Assembly: GCF_018350175.1 (NCBI RefSeq)
Contig: NC_058368.1
Span: forward strand, 162,318,001 to 162,382,000
Length of the DNA stretch: 64,000 nucleotides
Direction of reading: 5' to 3'
Source of the DNA: Felis catus
Lineage: Eukaryota
The notes beneath the pieces are model-generated. The model worked only from the letters and a program-made list of their open reading frames with translations. It ran no database searches and was not told where the DNA came from. Position 1 is the stretch's first letter. Every line of letters begins with the position of its first letter. The translations under genes and the position numbers were made by a program. This document shows, piece after piece, positions 26,005 to 37,631 of the stretch.

Positions 26005-26999
26005 AGCTTATTTCTCACTCATATGACATGACCATTATTTTCACTTAGTACCTCTGTTCAACATGAAACACACTCTTGGACTTAGGCTTACAAAAAATCT
26101 GGATCATTTTCTGTAGAAGAAGAAAAATGGACAAGATTTTCTGTGTCCATAAATGCACTAGCCCAGGAATGTCACATGTCACTTCTGCTCACAATTAATT
26201 GCTCAGAACTACTTAGAGGACTAGCTTCATATGTTGTGGAGAACAATGAAAAGTTAAAGTGTGGTATTTATTATTTAAACAAAAAATTAAGACTTTAGAG
26301 ATGGTGAGAACAGAAAATTAAATCAAGAATGGGAACATTCCAGCCAGGACTCTGTGTGCCTGTACAGATCATATGCCCACAGATCAGCCCTGATTAGCTC
26401 ATAAGCTTATATCTAACAGTAGATAGGTGACAAAGTAAAAACCACCCATACGCTCTACAGGTAAAGAAAGAACAACACCAAAGATTAGAAGAACAGCCAA
26501 AGATTCTCAATTTTTTTTTCTTTTAGGTGTTATTTGGGGGGGGGTCACTTAAAGTTAGGTTTGTTTTGATACCTGCCACCACTTACTCAGCATAGCCAGT
26601 ACTGTGGTATTTCAGTCACTCTGAGAAGCCTGGTGCCACTATCCTTACCTGAATTGCACAGAATTTCTCTATAAAGCATACTTCTGAGCCTGACCTGATT
26701 GATTTTTTACTCCACCTACTTATGTTTTACTAAGTTTATCCATGAGAAAAGAAGCCCTAATAACTTTATTCATACCAAGCTGTTAATAATGATGCAAAGT
26801 ATTCAGCATTCAGTGTATAATTACATACTTATGTTAATGAGACATGCAGTCTTAATCCACTGGAATAAATATCTAATAATGGACATTTGAACATAAATAA
26901 TTGGCTTGCAGGGTAATTTTTTGAAACATGAGAATTCCTAATGTCCTCTTAAATCACACTGGATAGAAGCAATGCCAGCCAATGTAGAAAGATGCACAC

Positions 27000-27362
27000 C
27001 CAGTATTCCATCTGTCTCCCCCAAACACCAATCCTCTTTCCATTTGTGTGGCACCATGTATATTAATTAGGATGAATAGACTGTGCCGTAGATATTTAGG
27101 GCCAACTGAAAGCAAAAAAATGTCGGTACCTGATTTACAGTCTGTTTTCCTGCTCTGATAATGGAAAGCCATATGTACATATGATGACACTCTGCGATGT
27201 GAACTGTTCTATCAGCTTGGATCCCTGCGTGACTGCATAAAACAAAGCTCCCTAATAACCTGCATTTTTCTTGTAGTATGTGAGAAAAACACCTTTAATT
27301 GTACTAAGCCACACATTTGGGGATTGCTTAAGGCAGCATAGCCTAAACTATTCTGATTAACC
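27000..27362 (+). mobile_element. Old MaLR LTR fragment (MLT1J/K-like)
   Basis: 3' end TGTGAGAAAAAC...TAAGCCAC...TTTGGGGATTGC...GCAGCATAGCCTA...CTGATTAA. Confidence 0.55.
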
Positions 27363-27910
27363 CCTGACATATATGGTTGGTTTGCTCATAGGTTCTTTTT
27401 CCATCTATCAAAAAGGTATTATTATAGCAGACTCAACACTCACATTTAAGTGTAACAATACTGGGCACAGAATAAAGTAAAATTCTAAATTTGTACAGAC
27501 ATAATTAATGCTAAATAGATACCTACAGTCCCCAAACTGATATTTTATCAAATCTGCACCATTATTTAAACTCCATCCTCTTATAATTGGCAGCATATTT
27601 TTTTCTTATAAGTGTAAATCATAATATGTTTCTTCATTTATAAAATTAAAAAAATTCACATTTAGAATTGCCCAAATATGATAACATCAAGTATACATGA
27701 CTTTTTGAGCTTCCTGCTTAAAAGAGAGAAAAGTTCTCTTTAATACTACTGACAGAGTTTTGTTTTTGAGGCGAAAATTCATGGGAAGAAAATTTATGGA
27801 GAACATTGAAAATGGCTGCAAAGCTTTCACCATCCTCTGATTGAGAGTCGAGTATGTTTCCCCTCTCCTAGGATCTGAGTTTATCCTGTGAATTTTTGTC
27901 ATCAGTACAA

Positions 27911-28290
27911 TGTGGTAGAAACTACAATGTGTAACTTTTGAAGATGGGCCTTTGGAGAAACTTCCACCTTTAATTTTTGGAAGCCTCCTACTTGGAATTC
28001 AAACATGAAGTGAGAATCCCAAGCCATGTGGAAAGCTCACCTGGAGGAGAACCAAAGCACACTGTTTGATAACCCAAACTGAAATCTTAAAGCTTAGTCA
28101 CCATCAACTGTCAGTCATGAAAGTAGGCCTCGTTGGAAATTCCCATTCACTAGACCTTGCAGATGATGGTGGCCAAGGTAACACTACATAGAACAGAAGC
28201 CCCACCTAAGTGAGTGCAGGCAACCCACAGAGTAATGAGAAATAAGAAATGGCAGTTGTTGTCATAGCTTTAAGCCATCAAATTTTGGGT
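27911..28290 (+). mobile_element. MaLR LTR (MLT1F/H-like)
   Basis: CCAAGCCATGTGGA, CACCATCAACTGTCAGTCATG, CAACCCACAGAGTAATGAGAAATAA...TTTAAGCCA. Confidence 0.7.
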
Positions 28291-28341
28291 ATTTAAAGTA
28301 AATTACTAAGAGAATTCAAGTTATACAAATTGCATTTTCTT

Positions 28342-28523
28342 TTTTTTTAAAGTTTATTTATTTTGAGAGGGAGAGAGTGTGTGAATGGGGGAGAGGCAGA
28401 GAGAGGGAGAGAGAGAAGCAGGCTCCACACTCAGCCTGGGGCTCGACTCCATGAACCATGAGATCATGACTTGAGCCACTATCAAGCAACGTACACTCAC
28501 CCAACTGAGCCACCCAGGTGCCT
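28342..28523 (-). mobile_element. Older Can-SINE
   Basis: CTGAGCCACCCAGGTGCC head. TSD TACAAATT(G/A)CATTTTCTT at 28324-28341 and 28524-28541. Confidence 0.95.
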
Positions 28524-28541
28524 TACAAATTACATTTTCTT

Positions 28542-29311
28542 ACAACAGTGGAATCAAACTAGAACTTATTAACAAATATATTTGGAAATCACCAAATAAT
28601 TTGGAAATTAAGATGTATCAACAGTCTAAATAACTCATGGATAAGAGGATAAATCAGAGGAAAATATTAATAATATTAATATTCTGACTTGAATAAAAAT
28701 AAAGCACATAATATCAAAATTTGTGAGAAGCAGGTAACAGTGCTTACAGAAAAAATTATAACATAAAAAGTAAGAAAAGCCTTGAAGCAATGATCTATAA
28801 TACTTTCTTAAGGAACCTGAAAAATGAGACTGAATTTTAAAAATATTATAAGTAGCCTTATGCCGTAAATTCTACTACTTAGAGAAAAGACAAGTATCTT
28901 AAAAGATACAAACCACTACAGTTCACTCAAGGGAAATAGAAAACCTGAGGAGACCTATGCGTTTTAAGCATCTCAAATTCGTATAAAAACCATCCCACAA
29001 AGAAAACTCCAAATCCAGAAAGTCTCCGTGGCAAATTCTATCAACCATTTAAGGAAGAATTCTACAAAACTGCATTACCAATTCTACAAAAACTCATATG
29101 GAAAAAAGAAAAGGAGGGTGAAATTGCCATCGTGTTTTAAAAGGCCAGCATTACCCTGACACCAAAATAACAAAAAATATATATGTAAAATAAAACTACA
29201 AAGCAGTATTCCTAATGAAAATAGACTCAAAGATTCTCAACAAAATATTAGAAAATAAAATCCAGTAATATACAAAATGGATAATTTCTCATGTCTCTAT
29301 AGATATTATTA
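28542..29311 (+). mobile_element. Old L1 ORF2 fragment, left part (continues at 31572-31685)
   Basis: GGAATCAAACTAGAA, GCAAATTCTATCAACCATTTAAGGAAGAA, AGGCCAGCATTACCCTGACACCAAA, AAGATTCTCAACAAAATATTAG. Confidence 0.88.
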
Positions 29312-29507
29312 TATTAGCATAATAAATGGTTCTCCATCCCCTTATTTTCAATCTGAAAGTGTCTTTAGGTCTAAAATGGGCTTCTTGTAAACAGCATATA
29401 GAAGGATCTTGGCTTTTTATCCATTCTGTTACCCTATGTCTTTTGATTAGAGCATTTAGTCCATTGACATTTAGAGTGAGTACTGAAAGATATGAATTTA
29501 TTGCCAT
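29312..29507 (-). pseudogene. L1 ORF2p endonuclease N-terminus (truncated)
   Basis: MAINSYLSVLTLNVNGLNALIKRHRVTEWIKSQDPSICCLQEAHFRPKDTFRLKIRGWRTIYYAN contains the APE-like endonuclease motifs TLNVNGLN and CCLQE. Confidence 0.95.
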
Positions 29508-29604
29508 TGTGTTACTTGTAGAGTTGGAGTTTCTGGTAGTGTTCTCTGGTCCTTTCTAGCCTTTGTTGTTTTTGGTCTTGTTTGTTTTGTTTTGTCTTTT
29601 TTCC

Positions 29605-30508
29605 CCTCAGAGAGTCTCCCTTAAAATTTCTTGCCAGGCTAGTTTAGTGGTCATGAACACCTTTAGTTTTTGTTTGTCTGGGAAACTCTTAATATTTCCT
29701 TTTATTTTGAATGACAGCCTTGCTGGATAAAGAATTCTTGGCTTCATATTTTTCCTTGTTCAGCACATTGAATACACCCTGCCACTCCTATCTGACCTGC
29801 CAAGTTTCTGTGGATAGATCTCTGCAAACCTAATCTGTCTTCCTTGTAGGTTAAGGACCTTTTGTCTCTTTCTGCTTTCTTAATTCTTTCCTCATCTTTG
29901 TATTTTGTGAATTTGACTATGATATGTCTTTTTGATGGTCAGTTTTTGTCAAATCTAATGGGAGTTCCTGTGCTTCCTGGATTTTGATGTCTGTGTCTTA
30001 CCCAGGTTATAAAATTTTTCCACTGATTTGTTCACATAAACCTTCTACCCCTTTTTCTCTCTCTTCATCTTCTGGGACCCCTATGATTTAGATGTTATTC
30101 CTTTTTAATGAGTCATTGTGTTCTTTAACTCTTATATTGTGCTCTTTTTGCCTTAAGAGTTTCCCTCTTTTTTTTCTGCCCCATTATTCATAAGTTTTTA
30201 CTCTATATTGCTGATTCTCTGCTCTGCTTCATCCATCCTTGCCACTGTGTCATCCTTCAAGATTGCATCTCAATTATAACATTTTTAATTTCATACTGAC
30301 TAGATTTTACTTCTTTTATCTACACAGAAAGGGATTCTGTGCTTTTTTTTTCAACCTCAGCTAGTATTCTTATTATTGTGATCTAAATTCTGGTTCAGAC
30401 ATCTTGCTATATCTATGTTGATTAAGTCTCTGGCTGTCATTTCTTTCTGTTCTTTTTTTTTTTTTTTTTTGGGAGGGCGGTGGGAGGTTAATTTCTTCAT
30501 TTTGTCAT
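29605..30508 (-). pseudogene. Decayed L1 ORF1p
   Basis: ATG at 30508 (minus strand) is followed by stops and frameshifts. Remnant KEQKEMTARDLINIDI near 30410-30455 and AAGAATTCTTTATCCAGCAAGGCTGTCATTC (RILYPARLSF) near 29710-29739. Confidence 0.85.
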
Positions 30509-30558
30509 TTTGGAGGAAGAAAAATAATTAATAAAATTAAAATTAAAAAATTAAAAAC

Positions 30559-30560
<2 letters not shown>

Positions 30561-30600
<40 letters not shown>
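30561..30600 (+). repeat. (CA)20 microsatellite inside the L1 5'UTR
   Basis: Perfect CA run. Confidence 0.98.
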
Positions 30601-30601
<1 letters not shown>

Positions 30602-30883
30602 GACAAATAAAGGAAGCTAGATCCTAGGTGTTTTTTGATCTGGTTGTTGAAGGAAGCTTGAAAGAATAGAGAAAAAAGGGAAAGAAAAGAAAAAAAGTAG
30701 GAAGACATTTGAAAATTAAAAAAATACAATAGAATAGAATAAAATGAAATGACAAAAGCAAAATAGAATTAAAAATTACAAAGAAAAAATATAGTAGAAA
30801 AAATTAAACATTTTTTATAAAAATGGAAAATAAAAATAATTTTTTGTCTTTCTGTATTCAAGAATAAGAAAAGAAAAGAAAAA

Positions 30884-31114
30884 GGGGCGCCTGGGTGGCT
30901 CAGTCGGTTAAGCGTCCGACTTAAGCTCAGGTCACGATCTCGCGGTCCATGAGCTTGAGCCCCGCGTCGGGCTCTGGGCTGATGGCTCAGAGCCTGGAGC
31001 CTATTTCCAATTCTGTGTCTCCCTCTCTCTCTGCCCCTCCCCCGTTCATGCTCTGTCTCTCTCTGTCTCAAAAATAAATAAACGTTAAAAAAATTATTTA
31101 AAAAATTTAAAAAA
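30884..31114 (+). mobile_element. Young felid Can-SINE nested in the L1 5'UTR
   Basis: Full-length and CpG-rich. Approximate TSD AGAAAA(G/T)AAAAGAAAAAG. Confidence 0.97.
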
Positions 31115-31571
31115 AGAAAATAAAAGAAAAAGAAAGTAAAAACTGAATAGATTGACCAGAGAACAGAATGAAATATGAATGAAATTACCTTTAGTTTCCC
31201 CTAGAAGTCAAACCATGAACAACTTTATAGTCTGTAAACTAAGAGATTTGGCAGAGAGATTTGACGTAGCCCTCTAGAGCTTGGTTGGTGCATTTTGACA
31301 GGGCTTGTAACAGCTCTGTTCTCCAATAGACCATGCTGCTTAGATAACTGGGGTGGATTATTGTGGCGCATGTATGCATGTATGTGAATGTGCAGGGGAG
31401 ACAAAAATGGCATCATCTAGCTTCCCAGTCTCCAGCATCAAAACTCTGTGATCTTGCCCACTCACAATCAAGCACCCCTCCTTTGTCTCCAGGTTCCATC
31501 CACTCCCTGCTTTTACATTGTCTGCGACCAAGCCATCAGCCTGTCAGGTGGCACCTCCCTCCCGAGTTTTA

Positions 31572-31685
31572 TATAGATATTATTACAGATGTACAAGAGT
31601 AGTTTTATGAGGAAGTCAAATCAATCTAGTTTACTACCTTAATAGATGAAAAGAGAAAAGTCACAAGATCCATGTATCTCATTCT
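31572..31685 (+). mobile_element. Old L1 ORF2 fragment, right part
   Basis: CAAATCAATC...TTAATAGATGAAAAGAGAAAAGTCACAAGATC continues the L1 ORF2 sequence broken at 29311. Confidence 0.6.
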
Positions 31686-31926
31686 CATTGGACCAGTAGG
31701 TGACTGAGACATATGCTTCTCATGGAAAGGCAAGAATTCAAGTGATCAAGTGCAACTTCAGAGCACATTTCAAGCCTCTGTTCACATTGCAATTCCAAAG
31801 AACCCAAGACCAATGCAAATTCCTTGACCAAACTCAATGTCAGTGAAATGGGAAAGTGTACTCCACCCACATGGAAACAGGATGGATGGAGTGTAAATAT
31901 TTCCTTAGCAACAATGCAAACTATAT
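31686..31926 (-). mobile_element. MaLR LTR fragment (MLT1I/J-like)
   Basis: GCACATTTCAAGCCTCTG...CCAAACTCAATGTCAGTG...GGGAAAGTGTACTCCACCCAC. Confidence 0.65.
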
Positions 31927-32144
31927 AACTTACTAAATAGCCCCCTTTATAAAACGGTATCTTAAGCAGACATTATCATATTTTAAATCAAGCAGAATAT
32001 GTATAGAGAAATAAAATAGAAAAGGAGGGGGTTTGCTGTAATTAAATGACCTTCCTTTTTGTGTTTAACCATATCCACATTTTTGGTAAAAATAAATCTA
32101 ACAGGTGTAAAACAGGTACTCAAGGAATTCTTTTTGTGTAGGTG

Positions 32145-32405
32145 ATACAGAAGAGCACTAAGGTCTGATAGACCTTGTTTTATTCACCCTTTTGCTACTT
32201 ACTAACCCAGGTTAACCTGAGCAATATTTTTTTTCATTCTGAACCTCAATTTCCTCATTAGTGAAATAACTCTAAAATTATTTTTATTATTGATAATTAT
32301 TATTTTTATTATTTTTTATTGTAAGGATTGATAATTGGAAATATATAGGTCCAATACATGCCTATAAGATAACAGGTATTCCCATAAAAGGTAGCTACTA
32401 TGAAT
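32145..32405 (+). mobile_element. MIR
   Basis: TGCTACTTACTAAC...CTGAGCAA...TCTGAACCTCAATTTCCTCAT...TTGTAAGGATT. Confidence 0.65.
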
Positions 32406-33113
32406 TAACAAAATGGATTATGTAATTAGTATGATGAATAGTAGTTAGGTCTCTGCACTCAAAGAAAATGAAGTATTAAGGCAATTAATCTGATCCTTTT
32501 TTTTAATCCCAAATTATACAAGTAATTTTCTACAAAGCAGAATGTTGTGTTAAAGCTCATGTTAGGGTCTTAATTATTTTTTTACATTTGTATTTCATCT
32601 GTAGCTAAGCTCATTTTGACTGAAATAGCTGTCTCAGAAAATTGATCTCAGAACACTGAAGCCAGTATGCACTATATACCACAAGCCCTCTACATGCCAG
32701 TGTGAGACCTACCTTTTCATAGAAAATAAATGGGCTACTTTCTGTCATCACTGTCATTCTTATACTAGGTTTGGCTTCAATGTTTCTAAGAATTTCTATT
32801 TTTTACGTTTTTCCATTTCTTTTTTCTATTTTGTCTTCAGTACATGATATATGCCTATCGTATCTATCCCTGTTATCATTTATAAGGCAAATATCCTAGT
32901 TCTAGTTTTTTTCTAGATATTATGTTAAAATCTGTAGTTCCCAATTATATATAATAAATGTAAATATACAGTACCATAGATAAAATCTCAAAAGAAAAAA
33001 ACTATTTTACTTTCCTTAAAGACCAGTGTCAGAATTAAACTGTTTTGCTATTTGTTGCAACGGAGAAGTGTTATGAGCAATATTGCATTGAATTCAAGCT
33101 TCCCTGACTTTTT

Positions 33114-33292
33114 TTTTATTATTAAAAAAAATAAGTTGGGTTATTTATTTTGAGAAGGAGACAGAGAGGGAGACAAAAGAGTCAGTGGGAGCAGTACACA
33201 GGCCTCAGGGCTCAGACTCGTAAACCATGAGATCGTGACCTGAGCCAAAAACAAGAACCAGATGCTTAACAGACTGAGCCACCCAGGTGCCC
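33114..33292 (-). mobile_element. Older Can-SINE (internally shortened)
   Basis: GACTGAGCCACCCAGGTGCCC head. TSD TTCCCTGACTTTTT at 33100-33113 and 33294-33307. Confidence 0.93.
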
Positions 33293-33381
33293 ATTCCCTG
33301 ACTTTTTAAAACTCTCTCATATATGAGTCCACATAGTTTACACAATTGTTGGTCTTTGTCCTTAGAAATAAATTCCCCTGT

Positions 33382-33585
33382 GGGGTGCCTGGGTGGCTCA
33401 GTTGCTTAAGTGTCCATCTTCAGCCTAGATCATGATCTCACCGTTCCGAGTTTGAGCCTAGTGTCAGGCTCACAGCTCAGAGCCTGAAGCCTGTTTCAGA
33501 TTCTGTGTCTTCCTCCCTCTCTTTATGACCCTTATCCACTCACATTGTGTCTCTCACTCTCAATGATAAGTAAAACATTAAAAAA
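33382..33585 (+). mobile_element. Can-SINE
   Basis: GGGGTGCCTGGGTGGCTCAG head. Degenerate TSD AAATAAATTCCCCTGTG / AAATGAATTCCATTGTG. Confidence 0.95.
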
Positions 33586-35916
33586 AAATGAATTCCATTG
33601 TGATAGGAAAATCATGAGCCCAAATCACAATCAAAATCTCTACCATGCTTCCTTCATTCTCCTACATTCCCGGTGGAAATCCGGGTTTTTGCAATCACAA
33701 TTGAAATCTATTGGGCACTCTCAACTAAAATTGAACCTATGAATGCTCTAAGAACCAATAATTCTATATTTTTAGAAAAAGACATATGTGTATAAAGTTA
33801 TCAGACAATAAACAAGAAATAATGGACTCAGAATGTCAGGCTCAAGAATTTTAGGATGTGAGCTGATATGTCATAGAAAACGAGTGTCCATTCTTGAGTT
33901 ACAGATTTTTGGAATAAAAACTTTAAAAATATTACTATTGGACATTCAAAAGAATGACATAACTCCATATATAGTTTCAACAGATATTATAAACTCTACC
34001 TTGTTAATATCACTATATTACTCTTAAATTATTCCTTCTCTTTGTTTTTCAATTACCTAGATCTTTCATGATCATTATGTTTATCTCCCTGTACTTTGCT
34101 TATTTGAGAAGAGAGTTTTTAAAAGGTAATAATAGATAAGCACTTTAGTATTATTACAATAACAGAGTAATGATCTACTCTTTAAAAGCCTATTTGTGAA
34201 CATTTATTTACATATAGAAAAAGAAATGTTACCCATGTGAAACAAATATTTTTTTAAATACTCCCCCAATTTCTTATCTCTAATCTATAAGCTAGTTTAT
34301 CCTTCTCTCTTTCTTACCTGCCAGTAGGTAGGTCTTTTTCTCAAGAAAAGAGATAGGGTGAATATCATTTCAGGGAGAAGAAGAAGAATATTGGAAAGTT
34401 CTGTTATTCAAAAGAATGTAGGAGAACCATCCATTTAAGACCCCAATGACATTAAGAAGGATAATAATATATTTGAATTTGGTAAGTTTAGATATTCCTA
34501 TCCTTATATTTTCCCTTTAGAAATGCCCATTTGGAGAAAGAATATCTTGAGAACATCAGAAGGGAGTGGCCAGTGACATGATTACTAAAAAGTTGAGAGA
34601 AGGATATAAACCCTTGGGATAAGACTGGCATGTGTCCATGTTCAGAGAGCATGTGAGAAATCACATGGCCCTGAGAAATGGGAGCAGTTAGAAAGATAAG
34701 CCTGAGGTAGTCCTCAGCCCCTTAATAGCTTAGAGTGTATACACAGGATTCAGAAAGTTCCTTTTGACTTGAAAAAAGCATTCAGTGGACCAGCAGAGAC
34801 CTGGGTTGGGATAAGAGTGGCATATGTTAGGAATCACATACCTTAAGTTAAATGTCTTCACAATGTCCATTTAGCCAAAGGACTTAGTTATACCTCAGTG
34901 GTCATCAGTACAGGGGACAGAAGGGACCAGCCATTGTTCAGCAGAGACCAGAAATGATGCAGAGAAAATCATTAGGATCCAGTGCCCATTTCCTGACACT
35001 ACTAAGGAAGTATAAACATTATGCTGGGTGTTAAAAAAAGTGCCTTAGGAAGAGCAGGTGTAACGAGGAGAAAACTGAGCAGATTGATTCATCCAAACCA
35101 GATGAGTGTTGTTAAGGAAAAACAGTTTCAATTTCTGGATTCAAATGAATACTAGATTGTTCTAAAGATAGTATGTGGAACTGTGGTTCCTCTTCTACTC
35201 AACAGGTTTATGACAAAGAAATTATCAAAAAACAAACAAACCAAAAACAATATTTTCTTTTAATATATGCATATGCATTAACAAAATTACAATTCCTTAT
35301 ACATAATTTTACATATTTGGAAGAAATAATAAAAATCCAGTGCCTAGCCTCTGAAGTCTGCACTATTCTTATTTACCAATACAAATAATCCCCAAGGTAA
35401 TTGTCACCTATAGAGATAGATTTTTGGCATAGGTGACAAGTAGTAATTTTCAAAGAGCAAATTTGAACATATCACTCACTTCTGTAATGTTCAAAAATAC
35501 ATTCAAATGTCTGGTTTTATTGTAAGGTTAAGAGTGTCACTTTCCCTTTAAATTTGCTCTTTCACTTCCAGATTCCAAATGATAATATTTATTAAGAAGA
35601 CTGGAAACAGCTTGAAGGGTTCTTTGTTTTTGTTTTGTCTTTTTTACATTTAACAGCTAAACAGTATACCAACTTAAAAGGATTGGTTCGAGTTTTTATC
35701 CTAATCCAGCTTAGAACTTGCTTTATGTTGACAATATCTAATTTTTGTCCCCATCTCATTTTATATCACAGTGATGATGTGAAAGAAAAGCCAAAGAATC
35801 TATTTTAATGCCAAGAACAGTGATGGCCTAACAGCTCACAAACATAGCTTTACGGTAGTATAACTGAAGAGTGAATTTAAGCTCCGTTCTCCTAGATGTT
35901 ATTTGGAAAATATTAA

Positions 35917-36130
35917 AATCAATTTTTTAATGTGTATTCATTTTTGAGAGAGAGAGAGACAGCGTGAGTGTGGGGAGGGACAGAGAGAGAGGGAGACACA
36001 GAACTCAAAGCAGGCTCCAGGCTCCCAGCTGTCAGCACAGAGCCTGATGCGGGGCTTGAACTCACGAACCTTGAAATCATGACCTGAGTCAAAGTCAGAT
36101 GCTTAACAGACTGAGCCACCCAGGCGTCCC
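35917..36130 (-). mobile_element. Full-length Can-SINE (second unit of a dimer)
   Basis: Head CTGAGCCACCCAGGCGTCCC at 36111-36130, with tail at the left. Confidence 0.97.
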
Positions 36131-36239
36131 TTTAAAAAAAAATTAATGTTTATTCATTTTTGAGAGAGAGAGAGAGAGAGAGGGTGACAGTATGAGTGGG
36201 GGAGGGACAGAGAGACAGGGAGACACAGAACTCGAAGCA
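36131..36239 (-). mobile_element. 5'-truncated Can-SINE 3' half (first unit of a dimer)
   Basis: Tail, (GA)n and GGAGACACAGAACTCGAAGCAG, then an abrupt end at GAAAATATTAA. Confidence 0.9.
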
Positions 36240-37238
36240 GAAAATATTAATGACAGAGTTGGGCAACAAGGACTTACCATTATGGTACTTTGTTTTATGG
36301 CTGGAGTGTTGTTTTCTCTTCCTGTTAATCCTAAAAGTTTATGTCAGGATGTTCATTCAAAGGTAGAATCAGTGCCTTCTGAACCATTTCAGGAACTACG
36401 AGTCTTATTTTGTGACTAAAGGAAAGCTTTACAAAGACTCTAAGGCTATATTTTTTTGTTTTGTTTGTTTTCCTGGCAACATTAAGAGAATCTCCATTCT
36501 GAAAGTCACAGATTTTGAGAAAATATTTTTTTCAAGCTCTTAATATGAAAATGTCAGAAACTAGAAGCTCCCTAAACCCTTAGGTTACTTATAACTCAGT
36601 AAATATGTTAACTCAGAGTCTAGGACTGAAAACAGAAATGTGACTCACGTATCAAGTTTTTTTTTTTTTAATTATATAGAACTCTCTGTATTGATAATGT
36701 TACTTTAAATGGAGGGTAGGGTTGGTGATATACAGGCATCATGTTCTTATTTGCTGTTAATTAAACGCCATAAAATAATTATCTTTGTTGATAAAGGACA
36801 GTAGTTTATTTCAGTGAAGAATTTCTTTTATTAAAGGATGTAGTTAAATTTTTAAAAATGCAGAACTCCTAATTTGAATCCATATTTTCTAATACTTTTC
36901 ATAATTAACATTTAATTCCAAAAAATAACTATTGCAAGTAAGATGTCTTCTTATGGGGAATTAAAAAATGATAAAGTCATGAAAGAAGTTATATCCATCA
37001 ATTTCATATATAGTCTTTTTCCTTCCACTATTAGGATTGCTAAATTCCTTTGTTAAAGGAAAAGAAAATATAAGCAGATACATTTGTTTACTCTGTAGCT
37101 GTTTTCTCCCTCCTGTCCTTCCTCTCCCCCTTTCTATTTCAAGCAGATAGTCAAATGTTTAGCATTTTTCTCCTCGCAAGGTAAAAGACAATAATAAGAA
37201 CAAACAAAAAACTTACTTGAAGCTAAGTTTTCTGAAAG

Positions 37239-37631
37239 TGTCAACCGTAAAAATAAAAGAGCCATTTATTTTATTAGCGAAATGAGTTTATTGGGGCATA
37301 GCAGAAGAACTGCAATTCAGGACAAGCAAACTATGGAAAAACCATGAGCAAGAGTGAAACGACAAAGGAAGGTCAGCCTTTATTATAGTTTAGGAGGAAA
37401 TTGGGAAGGATTGTTTTGAACAAAAGTTCATTGCAGAAGAACATGATTTCAAGGTTATGGGTATTTCTCATTGGCAGCAAACGGTGGTTCGTGCATTGTT
37501 GCTGAGGCAGGGAGAGATCTTTCTTTTTCTTAAAAGCAAAAGAAGAGTCTTCCTTCTTCAGGCTCATTATGTTATCAGTGATTGGGTTCCCTTTTAAGGA
37601 TTCCATTTTAAATGAGGCTTCCTTTGAGACA
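37239..37631 (-). mobile_element. ERV1-like solo LTR
   Basis: Minus strand starts TGTCTC...AAAATGGAATCC, has TATA-like CTATAATAAAAGG and AATAAA, and ends GGTTGACA. No TSD found. Confidence 0.6.

Larger units (their letters stand above)
29312..31571 (-). mobile_element. Carnivore L1 internal segment: partial 5'UTR, decayed ORF1 and first ~65 codons of ORF2
   Basis: ORF2 N-terminus and ORF1 remnants are recognisable, and the 5'UTR has the pyrimidine-rich tract. Flanked by TATAGATATTATTA at 29298-29311 and 31572-31585. Confidence 0.92.
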
